Source of the DNA: Lama guanicoe
Lineage: Eukaryota
Assembly: GCA_013239625.1 (NCBI GenBank)
Contig: MU055937.1
Span: 1,054,001-1,118,000 of the forward strand
Direction of reading: 5' to 3'
Length of the DNA: 64,000 nt
A program made the translations under genes and the position numbers. The notes below the pieces were generated by a model. The model ran no database searches. It saw only the letters and a program-made list of their open reading frames with translations, and had not been told where the DNA came from. Each line of letters opens with the position of its first letter. The first letter of the stretch is position 1. Below, one piece after another: positions 21,700 through 35,998 of the stretch.

Positions 21700-22150
21700 A
21701 TCATCAATTCTATGCTAATGACAGTGAATCCCAAATCTTTATCTTCAGACCCAAACTCTCATCTGCTTTCTATTTCCTATAGGCATTTGCTAATACGAAC
21801 TAGCAACTTGAATATTTTATCAGCTGTTAAAGCTTGAGGTGTCCAAAGTGGAATTTATCTTCTTTAAATAGATTCTCCCATCAAACACTGCTACTTTGTT
21901 ATTTTAACAAGTCAACATTATTCCTAGTGTTTAGCCTGTAAAACTTGAAAATACTAGAAATCATTACTGCACCTTCATACCCTTTATGCAACCTGCCACT
22001 CTCTCCTCTCTTTGCCCCAACATCTATATTACAAATTATTTTAAATTCGTACGCAGAATACAAGATCCTTACCATCTCATTTAAGATTAATTTGATAATT
22101 TAATGCATCTAATATACATGATTGTCTGCTTTGTGAAAGGTAGTATGCAA
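21700..22150 (+). mobile_element. L2 LINE fragment
   Basis: CCCAAATCTTTATCTTCAGACCCAAACTCTC...TGTCCAAAGTGGAATT. Confidence 0.5.
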
Positions 22151-23494
22151 GCTGCTGCAGATGATACAAAAGACACGCTGTTTGGCTCTTAAGATTCTTG
22201 GTTTCAAACAACTAATAAGAAAGAAGTTATCTACTAAATTCATATATGTTATTATTTAATCAAGTACTGACTAAATATAAACAATTGTGTAAGTGTCTGG
22301 ATCAGTCAATACATGTATGGGCAGGAACAAGAAGGAAGAGATTTCAATGCTTGCTGGAGTTAAGAAATGACACTAAAGACAACATAAAGGAAAGCAGAGC
22401 TGAGAGAGATGGTTTACTGATGACATCATTTCAGTACCTGCTTTAGCCATACTTATAGTCTAGCTAAGTAAGTCAATAAATTCCTTTCCTCCTTTTTCCT
22501 TTGGCTTCTTTTTGCTAACCTCTTTGTCACCTTTTAAAAACAAAACTATTATTTAATTCTAGCTATCCTTCACTCTCCTTTAGGGGTCTGGCTGGGGTTT
22601 AATTTCTGTAATAAGAAGGATCCAAGTTATCTACCTTCAGTGAGGTTTTGATCTTGCAATGCCCCAAAATTCCCTCCACCTCCTTGACCCCATAGTTACT
22701 ACCTATTCCTCAAGACTAACTGACCCTTTGAAGTGTGCAGGGGGTCCTCTTACAGTTTTCTGGCTTTTTTGGGGGTAGCTATTATATTCATTTTTTAATC
22801 TCTTTGAACAAAATAATAAAATAACATGTAGCTAAATATTAACTATTTTCTACCTCCCTTAATTTCTGTCTTTAATGAACATTTAATATAGGAAAGTAAA
22901 TATTTTATAGTCATCTTTCTATCCCCCCAGTGATAAACATAATGCCTGATTCATAGTATAGAGCTCAAAACATATTTCTTGCACTGAATCTTGTGGCAAC
23001 AGGACTGTTCCCTGAGAAGTAAGAAAAAAATGTTTATTCCTCCTACATCTGCTACCAACTGCAGTGAAGTCTCTGATTCAACACGCATATTTAGAAGACA
23101 ATTACTCTGTAACTTGATGGGTGGTCAGGAACATTTTCTTCCAATATAAATATTCTTGCATCATAGGCATGCCTTAAAATTCAGCTTCAAACAAACAAAA
23201 AAAGTCAAATTATTGGCTAGAAATGTGAATTATTAAAAGTTAATATTTTTACTTAAATCCCCAAAAATGTGTTCTACCATTTGACCCATTAATTTACTGC
23301 CTTGTTTGAGCCTCTGATTCTAATTTGCCACTAATAATAATAAGTTTGAAAAACAAAAACCCATCATGGATTATGTGTGGTATATTTGCTGGACTCTATG
23401 AACTATGAAGAAATTCTGCTTTTAAATCTGGAGAAACATCTTTAGATTATTCACTGTTGGAGATTCTGTTACAGATGCTACTGCTAATTTATGA

Positions 23495-23610
23495 CTATGA
23501 AGGCAGAGATCTTATTTGTATTGTTCATTCTTTTCATCTCCAGTTAATGCCCAATACCATTCCTTGAACATGGTAGATGCTCGATAAATATTTGTTGAAT
23601 AAATGAACAA
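23495..23610 (+). mobile_element. L2 3' end
   Basis: GAAGGCAGAGATCTTATTTG...ACATGGTAGATGCTCGATAAATATTTGTTGAATAAATGAA. Confidence 0.7.
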
Positions 23611-23989
23611 AATAATGTATATAATAAGGTTAATACAGCATCAGCACTTTTGTTTGTACAAGCTGGACCTTGTATAGCATCCTGTTTTCAGAACCACGTT
23701 GCTATATGGCCACTCAAATAATTTTGCACCCAAATCTCAAAGCATTTATTTGTCATTCGATAAGGCAATGTGCTAATGCAGATAGTCCATAAGCAGACCG
23801 ATGACTCGAGCGGTCAGAATACCTAACTTCCTGTAGCCCTGTTGGCAACCAGCTATGTGACCTAGGGGGCTATCAGCTTCCTGGTCTAGTTTCCTTATTT
23901 GATTTTCCTACGTTCCTTCCAGCTCTTACATTCTGTATTTTATATCTACTTCATAAGTGTTTCATGTTCCAATCTGACTGGACTACCGT

Positions 23990-24232
23990 TGAAGGTACCA
24001 GCCATTCCTGCTGCTACTCAACCTGAGTAGTTTTCATGCAGGAATGCAAGTCTGGTATGATCAGACCTTCATACTCTTTAAAAAAAAGAAAACCCAGAAA
24101 TCTGGATTTTTCTGTGAAATTTCAAACTTTTAAATTTTGGCCACAAAGTCAAATAGTTTTAAAACACTGTTTAATCCAAACAAAACACAACAGTGGGCTG
24201 GGTTTGTCGTATGCACTTCCAGTTTATGCTTT
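23990..24232. mobile_element. hAT-Charlie DNA transposon remnant (MER103-like)
   Basis: CCCAGAAATCTGGATTTTTCTGTGAAATTTCAAACTTTTAAATTTTGGC and CCAAACAAAACACAACAGTGGGCTGG. Confidence 0.55.
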
Positions 24233-24729
24233 AAAGAATTTTTTTTTCTACCCTTACCATTTTCAATGACTCCTTATCTGGTCAGTGAAAAACAGCTGCT
24301 GCATATTATTTTTCTGCTGCTTCCACAAAGCATAGATCTAGCCCAGGAGAGTCAGATCATGATATGAGTAGGTTTCATGTCCTAAGATGATACTGTAGTT
24401 ATGACATAAGGAAAAACTATATTCTTGGTTAAATTTCATTTAATATTTTCAAGAGGTAATATGGCTAGTTATTTCACATAGGTCTCAATCAGAAAATTGT
24501 CACATTATTTGGGAAGAGGAAAGGGAAATCTACAAAGGGCTTCAGAAGTACTGCAGTCAGCAATTCAGTAGAAACCTTAGGATCTACTTCCCATTTTTTG
24601 ATCAAAGAGAGATGACATAAAGTAGGCTCAGCGAGGGAGGAACGCTGTTTCATACCTAACCCGATTATATTCCTTCTACAAGCTTTATGCCTGGTGAAGT
24701 CATCTAAACTTAATTAAAATTTAATTGAA

Positions 24730-24900
24730 TCAGAATGGTATGGCAGAAAGTCACATGGATACTGGAGTCATACTTAGGTGTGAATCTAATTTCACTGAGT
24801 AACTGCATGACCTTAAAGTTATTAATCTTGTCTGTGCCCCAGATATCTTTTCTACAAAAAGAAATAATAGTACTTGCCTCTGATGCTTGTTGTGGGGAAC
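24730..24900 (+). mobile_element. MIR SINE
   Basis: GGCAGAAAGTCACATGGATACTGGAGTCA...CATGACCTTAAAG...AATAATAGTACTTGCCTC...TTGTTGTGGGGA. Confidence 0.65.
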
Positions 24901-25859
24901 AGAAATAACACACGTATAGATATGAAGTCTATAATGCATAATAGCCAAACTTAAACTAAATTTAGCATGCTTGGTTTTGGAGTCCCTTCTATGTGACAGT
25001 TTCTGTTTGTGCCTTTAGAGGAAATAAACATGAGCCAAGCACTGTTCCTGCTCTCTCTTGAGTGCTCTAATTGGTGAAATAAAGTACAATCACATATATC
25101 TTTCACTTATGGTAGATTCGAATGTATATTAACAAACAGAAAGCATAAGAGCACATTTAAGAGAGAGTTCTATATTCTGTGCCTCCTTTGTGGACACTTT
25201 TATTACACTCCTCACTGAAAACTCCTTTGTCTTGATTATTTCAGAAGGAAGAGGTGGATTGAGAAGAGATGCTGGGAAATATCTTCCAGGAAAATGAAAC
25301 AGCACAAGAAAAATCATATTCTTCAGAAATCATAGGACATATGGTGAAGACATTGAGGAAAAATGTAATGGAAACAGGTTTTAGGACGACGGTGATAATA
25401 GCAGAGGCAACTCCCCTATCACCAGATACCAACAGAAGTGGCCGAGGTCATGCAAAAATGTGGGAAAACAAAAATTTGTGAAATCCACCTCCTAAAAATA
25501 TTAAGAAATGAAGCTCGAAAAAAAGCAGATTAAATAAAGAATAGAACAGTGACCTAAAACTTCTCCTCCTATGACGAGCGAGTGCTCTCTGCTTGGGAAA
25601 GTAGAGATTAGAGGAGACCAGTGGATGGAATCGATGAGACTCCAATTCAGAGGAATTCATAAGAAGCAAAAACTAGAAGACCAAAAGTTTTTATCCCAGA
25701 GAAATGGAGGAAGTACACTGGGCTTCTCCTGTTAGTAGAGGCCAAGTGTGACTGAATTTCTTTCTTCTTTTATAAGGACTTATAAATAGGGAATATCACT
25801 AAACCCACAAAAATGGTGCTCTATTCAAAAGGATAAGACCACATTTTCTTGGGTGGAAG

Positions 25860-27450
25860 AAGAAAAATTAGAAGTATTTTTATTCTTATTATTGACATGA
25901 TTCAAAAAGTTGTCCCAGCTATGAAAATTGAGCAAACAGTTGTGAAAGGCTATATTCTGAAATCATGAAAGATTTCATGGGAATTTTTAAAAAGACTTAA
26001 TTACAAGAAGGTGATGAAAATTTGATGGAGTACTCTTAAAACTGAAAAATAATGTTTGAAACTTTGAAAATATCTCCAAGAACCTATGGGATTAAAAAAT
26101 GGAATTCTTGAGAGGAAAAAAAGAGAAAATTGGACACAGATTTAGAAAAAAATCTATGCAAAGTAGAACATAAATCAGTAAGGAACAAAAGAATAGAAAG
26201 AAGTAAAGAAGTAAAAGAAGAAATTGTCCTAAAATGAAGAAAGATCCAAATCTTTGATTGAGAAGACTTGCCAATTATCAGGTAAATTTAATGCAAATAT
26301 ACAAACATCTAGATATAGCTTGTTGAAATTTTTAAAAATTAATGATAAAGGTATTTGAAACAGGTTGAGTTAAAAAGAACTAAGATGGGGTTGGCATCAT
26401 TGTCTTCTCCAAAATTCTGAAGACAGTAAGAATAGAAAATGAGCAAAAGGATTTTGGTTTTTAAAAGATTGTCACATGAGAGTTCTATACTGATTAAAAT
26501 TGCCATTATTGTGTTTGGGCAGTGGAAATGTATTTCAAAATTACTGGGGCTAGGAGAGTATGTCATCGCTGCACCCTTCTGAAAAGAGAAACTACACATA
26601 CACACACATCCTAGGAAGACAATTGACAGTTAAAACGAAATAGAACAGTGAACTTAAGAATAAGTAAGTTACAGTTAAAAAAAAAAAAGATTGGGTTTTG
26701 AGCAATAAAACTCTTTGAATATGGATAATTATTTCTTGGGTGATGAAACATTTTTGCTATCAATCATAATAAGAAAAGTAATAATAATAATTTGGTCTTA
26801 AAATTCAAATTCTATAAACAAAAACTGGGAAACTGATGAGGAAATGAAAGAGTGATATAAAATCATGTCTTATCATGTACTGGGAAAATAAATGGGTACT
26901 TTTCATTCTTGATGCTAGTAAGTAGAGAATAATTAGGTTATAATATATTTTTAAAATAGTATTAATCTTTTCATCATTTCCAGAAAGAAAACATGATGTG
27001 AAACTTCTAAACCATTGGAGGAAAAAGGAGAAAAGGTAACCTTAGATAAGTGTCATGACAGAATAATTGAATAAGCAGTAACTGTATACACTGAATGTCA
27101 GCCATCGTTAGTTCTATCTTATCTAAATATGGAATAAGTTTACTTGTTTGTTAATGCTTGTCAATATTTTACATATTTTTGTAATAAGCACAGATTACAT
27201 AATAAGAATTTATATTTTGAGCTAGTGCAGCAAATGTTATTTTAACAATTAAAAATTATTTTCAAGTATAGAAAAATGCTACTGATACTCTATTAAATGA
27301 TAAAAGATGCCTTCACTTTTGTAAATAAGTAGATAGACATGTGTAGATAGACTGAAATATCTTCCAATGGTGAAATTAGGATTAAAATTTATATCATTTT
27401 TCATATTTTTGCGTGAGTTTTCCACAATTACCCAAGATTATTTTTGTAAT
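25860..27450 (+). mobile_element. degraded HAL1/old L1 (ORF1-like plus 3' region)
   Basis: A-rich strand with L1 ORF1-like blocks (CTTTGATTGAGAAGACTTGCCAA; ACATCTAGATATAGCTTGTTGAAATTTT; TTGGCATCATTGTCTTCTC). No intact ORF. Confidence 0.55.
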
Positions 27451-27479
27451 AACGAAAACAAACAACCAAATGCTGTCAA

Positions 27480-27945
27480 GAGCTTGGCTGGAGCTACATT
27501 GTGGAGAACTTGAATACCAGGCTAAGGGGTTTGGTCAATGGGGAGCCACTGAAGCTTTTTAAGAAGGGAAGTGATGTAAACAGATTTGTATTTTGAGAAG
27601 ATTAAGACAGAAGTCTTGTTATTGTTTAGATTGGATTCAAGTAGAAAATTGACTGGAATTTATTGTAATGGTCTAGACAGGAAACAATAAGGGCCAGAAC
27701 TAAATCTCTGCAGCAGGGATAGAAAAGAGGAGAGGCATTGGATGTAATAAAGAAACAGTCAAGGGGACTTGGTGACAGCATTTAGTGTTAGAGAGTTCAG
27801 AAAAGAGAGGAACCAAAGAGACGGAGAGGCAAAGTTGTTGGGAAAACAATGGTGCTCTTAAGAGGGATAAGACAGTGAAGGGATGCAGGAAGAGGGAAAG
27901 GTTTAGGAAAAAGGATGGTGAATTTGATTTCAAACGTGTTAAATT
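27480..27945 (-). mobile_element. L2 LINE fragment
   Basis: CCAGGCTAAGGGGTTTGG, CAATGGGGAGCCACTGAAG, CAGATTTGTATTTTGAGAAGAT. Confidence 0.65.
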
Positions 27946-30389
27946 CCTGCTGTTGAAGAAACATCACACCTTTGGACTTTATGGGATAATGACTGCACTC
28001 CACCTAAAATACTCTCTTGGAGCTATAATGGTCTCATTAAATGATCTTTCCCTTCCTTGATGCACATGGGCAGAAATCCAGACACTCCCAGCCCGCTCTG
28101 GCCAGTGAACCATACAAGTGCCTGCTTCCTTCCAAGCTTTGAGTTTAGAAGCATAGTTCTAAACTCAATGTCAGAGACTCCACATAGGTCAAAGTGTGCC
28201 TAGGTGATTCCTGGTAGTCCCAGCCAGCCATCACTGCTCTTGGACCATGGCTACTGAGGTCTCTGACCTTGGCTCAGCACTTTATAGGGTCAACCTCTCA
28301 AATAGGGTGTGTTCCTTTATACTCCTCCCCTCATTTCTATACTGCTCTGGGAACCTGAGATGCTAAATCCATTTCTCAGCACTTGCAGTCCTCTTCCCCT
28401 GTCTGTTCTTCTCCCAAGAGTGAACTACACTGTTGTTCTTTTTCTCTTGACCCCACTGGATAGCCAAGGGGTAACTGTTTTGGAGGAGGATTCCATCCTG
28501 AGGTGGGTGTCCACTCCACATGGCTCAGGCTTTTTGTAGTAAAAGATGGAGGCAGATGTGGAAAAGAAGGTGAGTGGGCCAGAGGATGGGACCTTCATTT
28601 GTGCTTTTGCTGTGAATCATGCAATCTACCTGGGAGAAGACAAACACAAGGCAACTGAAGGGCATTTAAAGTCTAGGAATATATTAGTATTTTGGTTACT
28701 GGTACTAATATGCTGAGTGTACTGGCTGGCAAGGGAAAAATTAGGTACAGATTTTTTTTTATAAGGCATTTTTTTCTTAACCACAATTAGAGGCCCCCTT
28801 GAAGAGTTTTCTTTCCCTTTGTGACTCACAGAAGACTGAAATCACTATTTCCTACTGAGGGGAACACATGAAAAAGGAGGAGATGTATCACACTTTGGTC
28901 TACTTTATTGGCCTGGTTCCTAAATAAAGACCATTTCCCGCATATTCCTCCTTAAGCCATGCCTCCTTCCATGTCCTTAACACCATGCATAAGCCCCAAA
29001 TTGCTCTTGTAGAGTAGATTTAGTCACTTAAGTGATGTACATCTCTGCTTCCATCCCCTTTTTACAAACCCTCTCTACACTGAGCCCTACTGCCTTCTTT
29101 TATCATGTAGCCCTGAGTTTAATGGCCATACCTGGTTGGATCAAAGGAGAGGGACTTGAGCTAATGTTCCTAGGTGTTAGGAAGTCGTGATGGTAGATTG
29201 CCTAACATGTTATGTTGGACAATATGCAACCAAAGGAGGCCAATTGAGATAAAGAGAAGACAGAGAGAGGCCAAAAGGCAGATAAGAGAAATGAAACAGC
29301 TTCCCCACTCCTGGACTTCCAGCCCAGTTCTTATCCCTGTGGAGCCCTGCTCTTCCTTCTCTTCTCTCAGCTGCATGCAAAATCTCTTATGTGTAGGCTT
29401 TTGTATGAGCTAGCTAGATGTCTATTCCTTGTAACAAATAATCACAAAGACCCTTATGTCAGCTACATCTGGGAGAACTTAATCCTTTGCTCTTAAAGAT
29501 TCACTGGTTGACTCTACTGGATTTGGTCATGTTGACCATTTATCTGTCATATAAGGATGCTGCGGCAGGAAAGGTGCCAAGATCACTCTGATAACTGATA
29601 GGAGATCTGAGTGCCATATCTTGGCTTGGTTTTCTTCCTTTGGCTGTCCTCATATTAAACTCTGTTCTACAACTCAGTCCTACTTCATATATACTGTTAG
29701 TCAAAATAGGATCAACAACTTATCAAAAATATCTACAAGCTGCTTGGTACAGTATGCAAATCCAATTCTTTCCTGGTTAACAAATGTTTCCTCTCTTTTC
29801 CTTATAGGCAGTCTCCCTTCTTGGTTTATTCTAAATGCTATACTGAGTAAAGAGGCCAGTGAGCAAAATTTCTGTATACGTTCTTTTTACCCTTCTGATT
29901 ATACATTGTTCAAACAATGTTCCTGACTTTGCTAGAAACTGCTCCCTGGGAAGGCAAGATAATAAACTTAAATTCATACTCAACCCAATCATTTGGCAAA
30001 GCTGTTAAAACACTGGCCATTTGAACAGTATTCCAGAGCTCCTTCACTGACCTCTGGTCTCAAAACTCAGTTGATCCTCACTGTGGACAGTCATAGGCAG
30101 TGAGAAGCCTGAAACCATCTCCTTTTTCCTGATCCTCCTCTTCTATTGCTCTGATTTCTAGGAACCCCTTTCCTGCACGGCTTGGACTGCCCAGAAGGGA
30201 TTCTCTGCATATCAGCCACGGATTAAATGCAGTCCACTGTGGAATTGTACTTAGCAGAGAATATGGTTGGCAGGTTTTCTCCAACCTACTTCGCAAATAA
30301 TTTTGGCTCACATTCCAAAGTGTTACATTGTATTTAGACTCTCATAGCCAATAGGTAGGTAAAGGGAAAAGGAAGTTATAGGTTCAAAT

Positions 30390-30800
30390 TTTATAATGCA
30401 TTTTCAGTTTACAAAATGCTTTCACCACATAAGTTTACTTGTTTTCAGAAATCTCTGTGAAGTAGATACTATTATTTCCATTTTTTACTGATGAGCACAC
30501 ACATCTGGGAAGTTAATGACTTTGATAAATGGCAAAGCTAAGACTTGATCTGCAAATCAGTGTTTTTTTTCCCCCTGTACTCTGCTACCATTCATTTCTT
30601 CAGTCAACAAACATTTCTTGAGTACCTGTCTGGGTTGGGCGCTGTGCTGGAAATTGAGCATACAGTAGTGAACTTCTCTCTGCATCTTGGGAGATCAGAA
30701 AAGACTTTGCAGTAGGAGTGGAGTCCAAGCTGAGGCGGGAAGAAGTGGTAGATGTTACTCAGGCAAAGTGGGAGGGCTGGGAGCATTCCAGGCAGACCAA
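30390..30800 (-). mobile_element. MIR fragment followed by L2 3' fragment
   Basis: CAGTTTACAAAATGCTTTCAC...ATTATTTCCATTTTTTACTGATGAG (MIR), then CATTCATTTCTTCAGTCAACAAACATTTCTTGAGTACC (L2). Confidence 0.6.
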
Positions 30801-32443
30801 ATTTTTATCTCTAACCTCTCCCAGTGGACCTGAAAAGGAGAAATTAGTCAAGGAAGCTGAGAGATAAATTTCCACAATTGTGTAATCTCATATTTAAACA
30901 TGAAGATATGCATCCGTTAGATTTCCCTTTTCCTTTAACTGTCTTGTCACTACCTCCATGACACCAAAGAAAAATATTGTGTCTTGTCACTACCTGCTCA
31001 AGACCAAAGAAAGTTTAACACTTTTCAAAATGGCCTTTGATTTGTTTTCACTAGCTTAATGAAAACTCTTTGGCAATCTGGTTTGTTTCCACTATCTCAA
31101 TGATAGTTAAAGATAGAACTTTGACCGTTTCACAAGAACTGTGAAACTGCCTCCTCTTTTGAGGCCACCCTTTACAAAGGCTGGCCTACTTTTTCAAAAG
31201 CCAAGTAGTGTAGGTGGCTCACACAGCAACCATTAGAAAGAGGGCTACTGGCGGCAGGAGCAAGGTCTGTTCCTCGGTATTCCGTGGGGTGTTTGTGCAG
31301 ATAGGAAACACTTCCAACCAGTGAAGCAAAGTCCCAGCTCCTTTAACCACACACAGGACAGCCCTCTACATAACAAAGACTAACAAAGACTAACAAAGCC
31401 ACAGGCAGGACAGCCTGCTTTGGATGCATTAGAAGGCTGACGTTGTCAGCCCTCAGATTGGCAGTTGTCAGAAAAGAGGAAAGGATTGAATCCTTGCTGA
31501 ATTATTAAGTCTTCATCGTCTTCCTAATGAATCCCATATTCCACTGGCTTGGAGCAGAGTCAGCCCCCAAGCAACATAATAAACATTGCATTTGGAAGCA
31601 GGAAAGAATTCACAGGGGTGAGGTAAGAAGATAGTTTACAATAGAACACTGAGAACAGCACTAGAAGGAAAGAGAGGAGAGAACAGTGTAAAGAGCAGGA
31701 CCCAGATGAGCTGGCTGAGGCTTGATTCCATATGACATGCACAAGGAGATAAACCCAGGACACCTCCATAGGCAGTATGGTTAAAGCCCTGCGCTAAGTC
31801 ATCGCTGAGATAGCTATTTCTAAGTGAATTCATTGTACGTAGCTAGGATGGCAATTTATGAGGGAAAAACTCACTACAAGGTCCATAATACGGGGCTATT
31901 TGAAGAACAAGGGGTGTGGTCAGACCCCTGCTGCTGGTTCAGTGGCTCAGGAGGCTTGATTTCAGGGTAAATGAATCTGTTTATAAATGAATATATTAAG
32001 GCTTCAGAAAACACTTTTAGAATGACTCTTACAAAATTATTATTTTATTAAAACTAATAAGACTCAATCCTTACTTTGAAGTTCACAGCTTAGAAGAGAA
32101 GACATTTAAATTAAGGTTTATTGTAATGATGTAGAGTGCTCTGGCAGAGATTTGCGTGGCGTGCTGAGAGAGTAAAGAAGGGACAAACTATCTCTCCCTG
32201 GGAGAGTTAGGGAAAGCTTCCCGGTGGAGGAGACATTTCATCTGGCTCTTGATGGGTGAATAAGAGTTTGCCAGAGTGATGAAAACAGAAGCACATTCCA
32301 GGACAAAGGAATTACCTGTTCCCTCACATACCTGTCTCCACTACCTCCTGTTAAAATCAAACATGTTATTTGAGAAAGCTCACCCTTGTCTTTGTCAAGG
32401 GTAAATTTATTATATTTGAAATGAAAGCCCCGAGGATGGAGAA

Positions 32444-32780
32444 CAGTGTGGTCAAAAAGAAATAAAATGTGAGCCACAAATGAAAGCCACAAATGTAATC
32501 TTGAAATTTATAATAACCACATTAAAAATAAGAGTAAAGGGGAGCTGTTTGATTTTAATAATCTATTTTATTTAACCTAATATATCCAAAATATTTTCCT
32601 TTCAAAATGTAATCAATATAAAAACATTTGGGTGATATTTCACATTCCTTTTCTGTATATTTCTATATCTTTGAAATCTGTTTTGTGTTTTATACTTTAC
32701 AGCATATTTCAGTTCAGGCTAACTACATTTCAGATACTCCGTAGACACATGTGGTTCATGGCTACTGTACTGGACAGCTT
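32444..32780. mobile_element. hAT-Charlie MITE (MER33-like)
   Basis: CAGTGTGGTC...ATGTGAGCCACA...TTTAACCTAATATATCCAAAATATT...CACATGTGGTTCATGGCTACTGTACTGGACAGC; ~335 bp. Confidence 0.75.
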
Positions 32781-35700
32781 GGAAAACCAGCCTGTTAACT
32801 TTGCAGGATGGGATGCCCCCAGGGAGGGCAAACCTAGAATGAGTCACAGGAGAGGCCTGGGAGTACAGAGGCTGAGGGCGCTCAGCAGGGGTCCCGATGA
32901 CCAGCTTTGCCTCCTTCCTGATTTTATCCAAAACCAGCCCGCAAGGTCAACGCTGGTGTCTGCTGCTCCACCCGCAGAAAGTATGTCCAAGTCAAGTTTT
33001 CCTGGGAAAACTCTCATTTTGCTTTCCCTTTTAAATTTTATTTTAAAAGCCCACAGGCCATTCTTCTCAGTACCTAATAATGTCTTTTCCAGCTCTCTTA
33101 GGAAACAGGGCCCTGAAATTTCCCTCACATACTAGCCCAATGGACTCTGTCTCTGTTCCATGGAAACCTTGCCCAGAAATGACCTCACGGACCATCTCTT
33201 CATGGCCAGAGGCAAGGAGTACTGTCTGGGGCACCAGGAGCAGGGGTCAGAGGCAAGCTCAACTTCCCCGAAATAATGTACTGCCATTTCCACCACGGAG
33301 ACCAGTCAATTCAGTGCCCCCAAACTAAGTCGGCTGTGGCCAAGGCATAGACAGAGCAGGTCCTCGAAGCTCCTGGATCCCTTTCGTCTAGAATGGCCAA
33401 GGAAGCCAGTCACTGTAGACTTTCCTCTTAGGCCCTGGCTTCCTGCTCCTGACTGACCCCCTGGCTTGCACCCAAACTTCTGGCCCTCATATACTACCAA
33501 TACTTAAAATGAAACAGTAGATAGACTGCCACTGCACTCAACCTGGTCATTTTCTCTAAGCCAAGTTCTCATTTATGCTCCTACAACATTAGTGGAAGCA
33601 GTGCAGGATGCGGCTGTAGCTGAAGGATTTGCAATTGAAATGATAGAGACCAAGAGATACGTTAATCAGTAGATGAGATGCCATTTGGTAAGAGTCCTGT
33701 GCTGGTCCTTACTGCTTGTGAGAGTTGGTTCTGTTGTGTATGGATGCCAATGGGCTATTTGGAAGAAATAAGCCACTTCTATTCACCCTTTTTGGCAGTC
33801 GACAGCTCAGGATCTCTGTGGAACGTGCTGGAAGAGGTTAAAAAGCAGGTACTCTAGAAAGATGCCATGTATCTTTCAATGGGAAGCCAAGGCAAGTTAG
33901 AGTGCAAGTACTGTGTAGTTTCTGTTTGGGTTGCATCACCATCGTCATTATCATCAATTATTATTGTTGTTGTTTTCTCTAGTTTTGCTCCTTTCTTGAG
34001 TTTCATGTATTTTAATTATTTAATTGTGTTTACATTCTCTCTTCTGAAAGGCTTTTAGGCAGCCCAGTCCACCAGAAGACAGTATGTATGCATATATGCA
34101 AGTTCAGCCTTTGAGTACAGGTAAATAGATAAGACAAATCATTGCTTAAATCATTATAGACTGGGTCATTACCCACAATACCATCTGCTGGTACTTTTTC
34201 AAGCCTCCTTCTATTAAAGAGCCATTAAATTACCTCTTATAGGAAGCTTGTAAATCAGCCTATATGACAGATAAGTAGGACAACCAAGTAACTTTGTTTT
34301 AATTGTCTCTGCCACCATTCAGTATCACTCAGCCCATTTATTCATTGATAACACTTTAATGAAAGATACCCTAAATTTGATCTTGTCAATGGATGGGGGT
34401 TAAGGGAGGAGGTGGGACTGCAATACTGGGGATAAGAGGCTGAATCCCATATGGTTCTATTTATACAGTGAAATTGATAGCGTGATTTTAAATACGTACC
34501 TCCCTCTGGTGGAAAATATTTTTTTGTTAATAATTTGAGAAAGTAAACTGAAGTGGAGAGGATTTTGCATTTATCTTTGCTGATGATACATTACTCATAG
34601 AATCTCACTCGAAACCCATCTAAACATATTGTTATCCCAGGGTAAGGGACCTGTATTGCCTTTGCTATGTATCAGTGTATATTATATATACGGGGCTTCA
34701 TCTTCTTTGCTGTCCGTGCATTCACCAATGCCCCAACACTTGATAATTAGTCCTGTTTTAGTTTTTGCTGCCTGTGGGAATTTGTCTGTGTTGTGTGTGG
34801 ATGCCTTGGCGAGAGTTGGGGCTGGACCAGCCAAAGCTCAACTTAAGGGCTGTGTTCTTTATTGCTGGAGCTAGACAAGGGATCTCACTCAAGACTAAAA
34901 GATGCTAAAGCCAGAGGTGTTGGCTCAGTCAAAAACTGTAAGAATAGAACTAAGTAGCAAATTTTGAATGATAATGAAAATGAACACTAAATCTGGATGA
35001 CTCAAAGTTGGAAACCAAACTTAAGAGTATAAAGTCAAGAATTTGGAGCTAGGAAGATGGTATTAAACCACTTAACTAGTAAATGCAGGATTTGGACAAC
35101 AAACCTTTGTTTACCGTGACTCCAGATTTCTTCATAAAATACCAAACTTCCTCTTCTTCTATTAATAACTCGATGTTAGACTTTGGTCATGTTATTGAAT
35201 CTCCTGTTTCATAGGTAAGAATATGACCTCACAAGCTGGCTATACTTGTGAATAAGTTCTGAAAACATTATGCATATGTCATTATCATCAGACAGCTAGC
35301 TACTTCCCAGAAATCCTCAGAACCGTACTTAAAGAAGAAAGAAAAAAAGCTATGTCTTTGCATGGTCTACATAGTGTACACAGCCATCTTAATAGATAAA
35401 CATTTGTATTGGTGGGCTCTTTCATTTTCATATTACTGAATTTTGATGGAATGTGTTTCATGGACTCAAATTGTTAATTGATTGGACTGACTGGTTGTTA
35501 ATTACGTCTAAGCAGCTGAACCAAACTTGTATAGACCCATCAGAAGCATTCCTTTCTGATGATCCTGGTTCCTCCGAAGTTTTAAGGGCCTGCAGTAGGG
35601 AAAATTTTTTGACAACCAAGTTTGCTTTGGCTTTTCATAGTGAGCAGTGGATGTGTCATGAAGTTCACTAGGGAGGCTGTGATGATTCTACCCATTGGGC

Positions 35701-35937
35701 AACTCCTGAGATTTGCTCATGTGTGTGTGAAGAGCACATCTAAAACCTCACTGAACATTGTTCAATGTTTAAAATGCAGTTGAGGTATTTTCTCTGCTGG
35801 GTGAAGGCAAAATTTTCCCTCCCATAAAAAATTAGTATGATTTCTTGGATATTTTCATGGATATTGAGAATTGTATAACTGATCATGTTTCTGTGTTTCT
35901 GTTTTTGCTTTAATTTCCAGGAAAGTTCTGAGAAAAT

Positions 35938-35947
35938 TTATATATAT

Positions 35948-35986
<39 letters not shown>

Positions 35987-35998
35987 CACATATATATT
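35938..35998. repeat. compound (TA)n(CA)n microsatellite
   Basis: TA run followed by a long CA run. Confidence 0.9.

Noticed and set aside
32632-33135. 167-aa ORF, the longest outside DIO2 and the gaps
   Set aside because: Begins with GTG inside a MER33-like MITE; no recognisable domain or exon structure.
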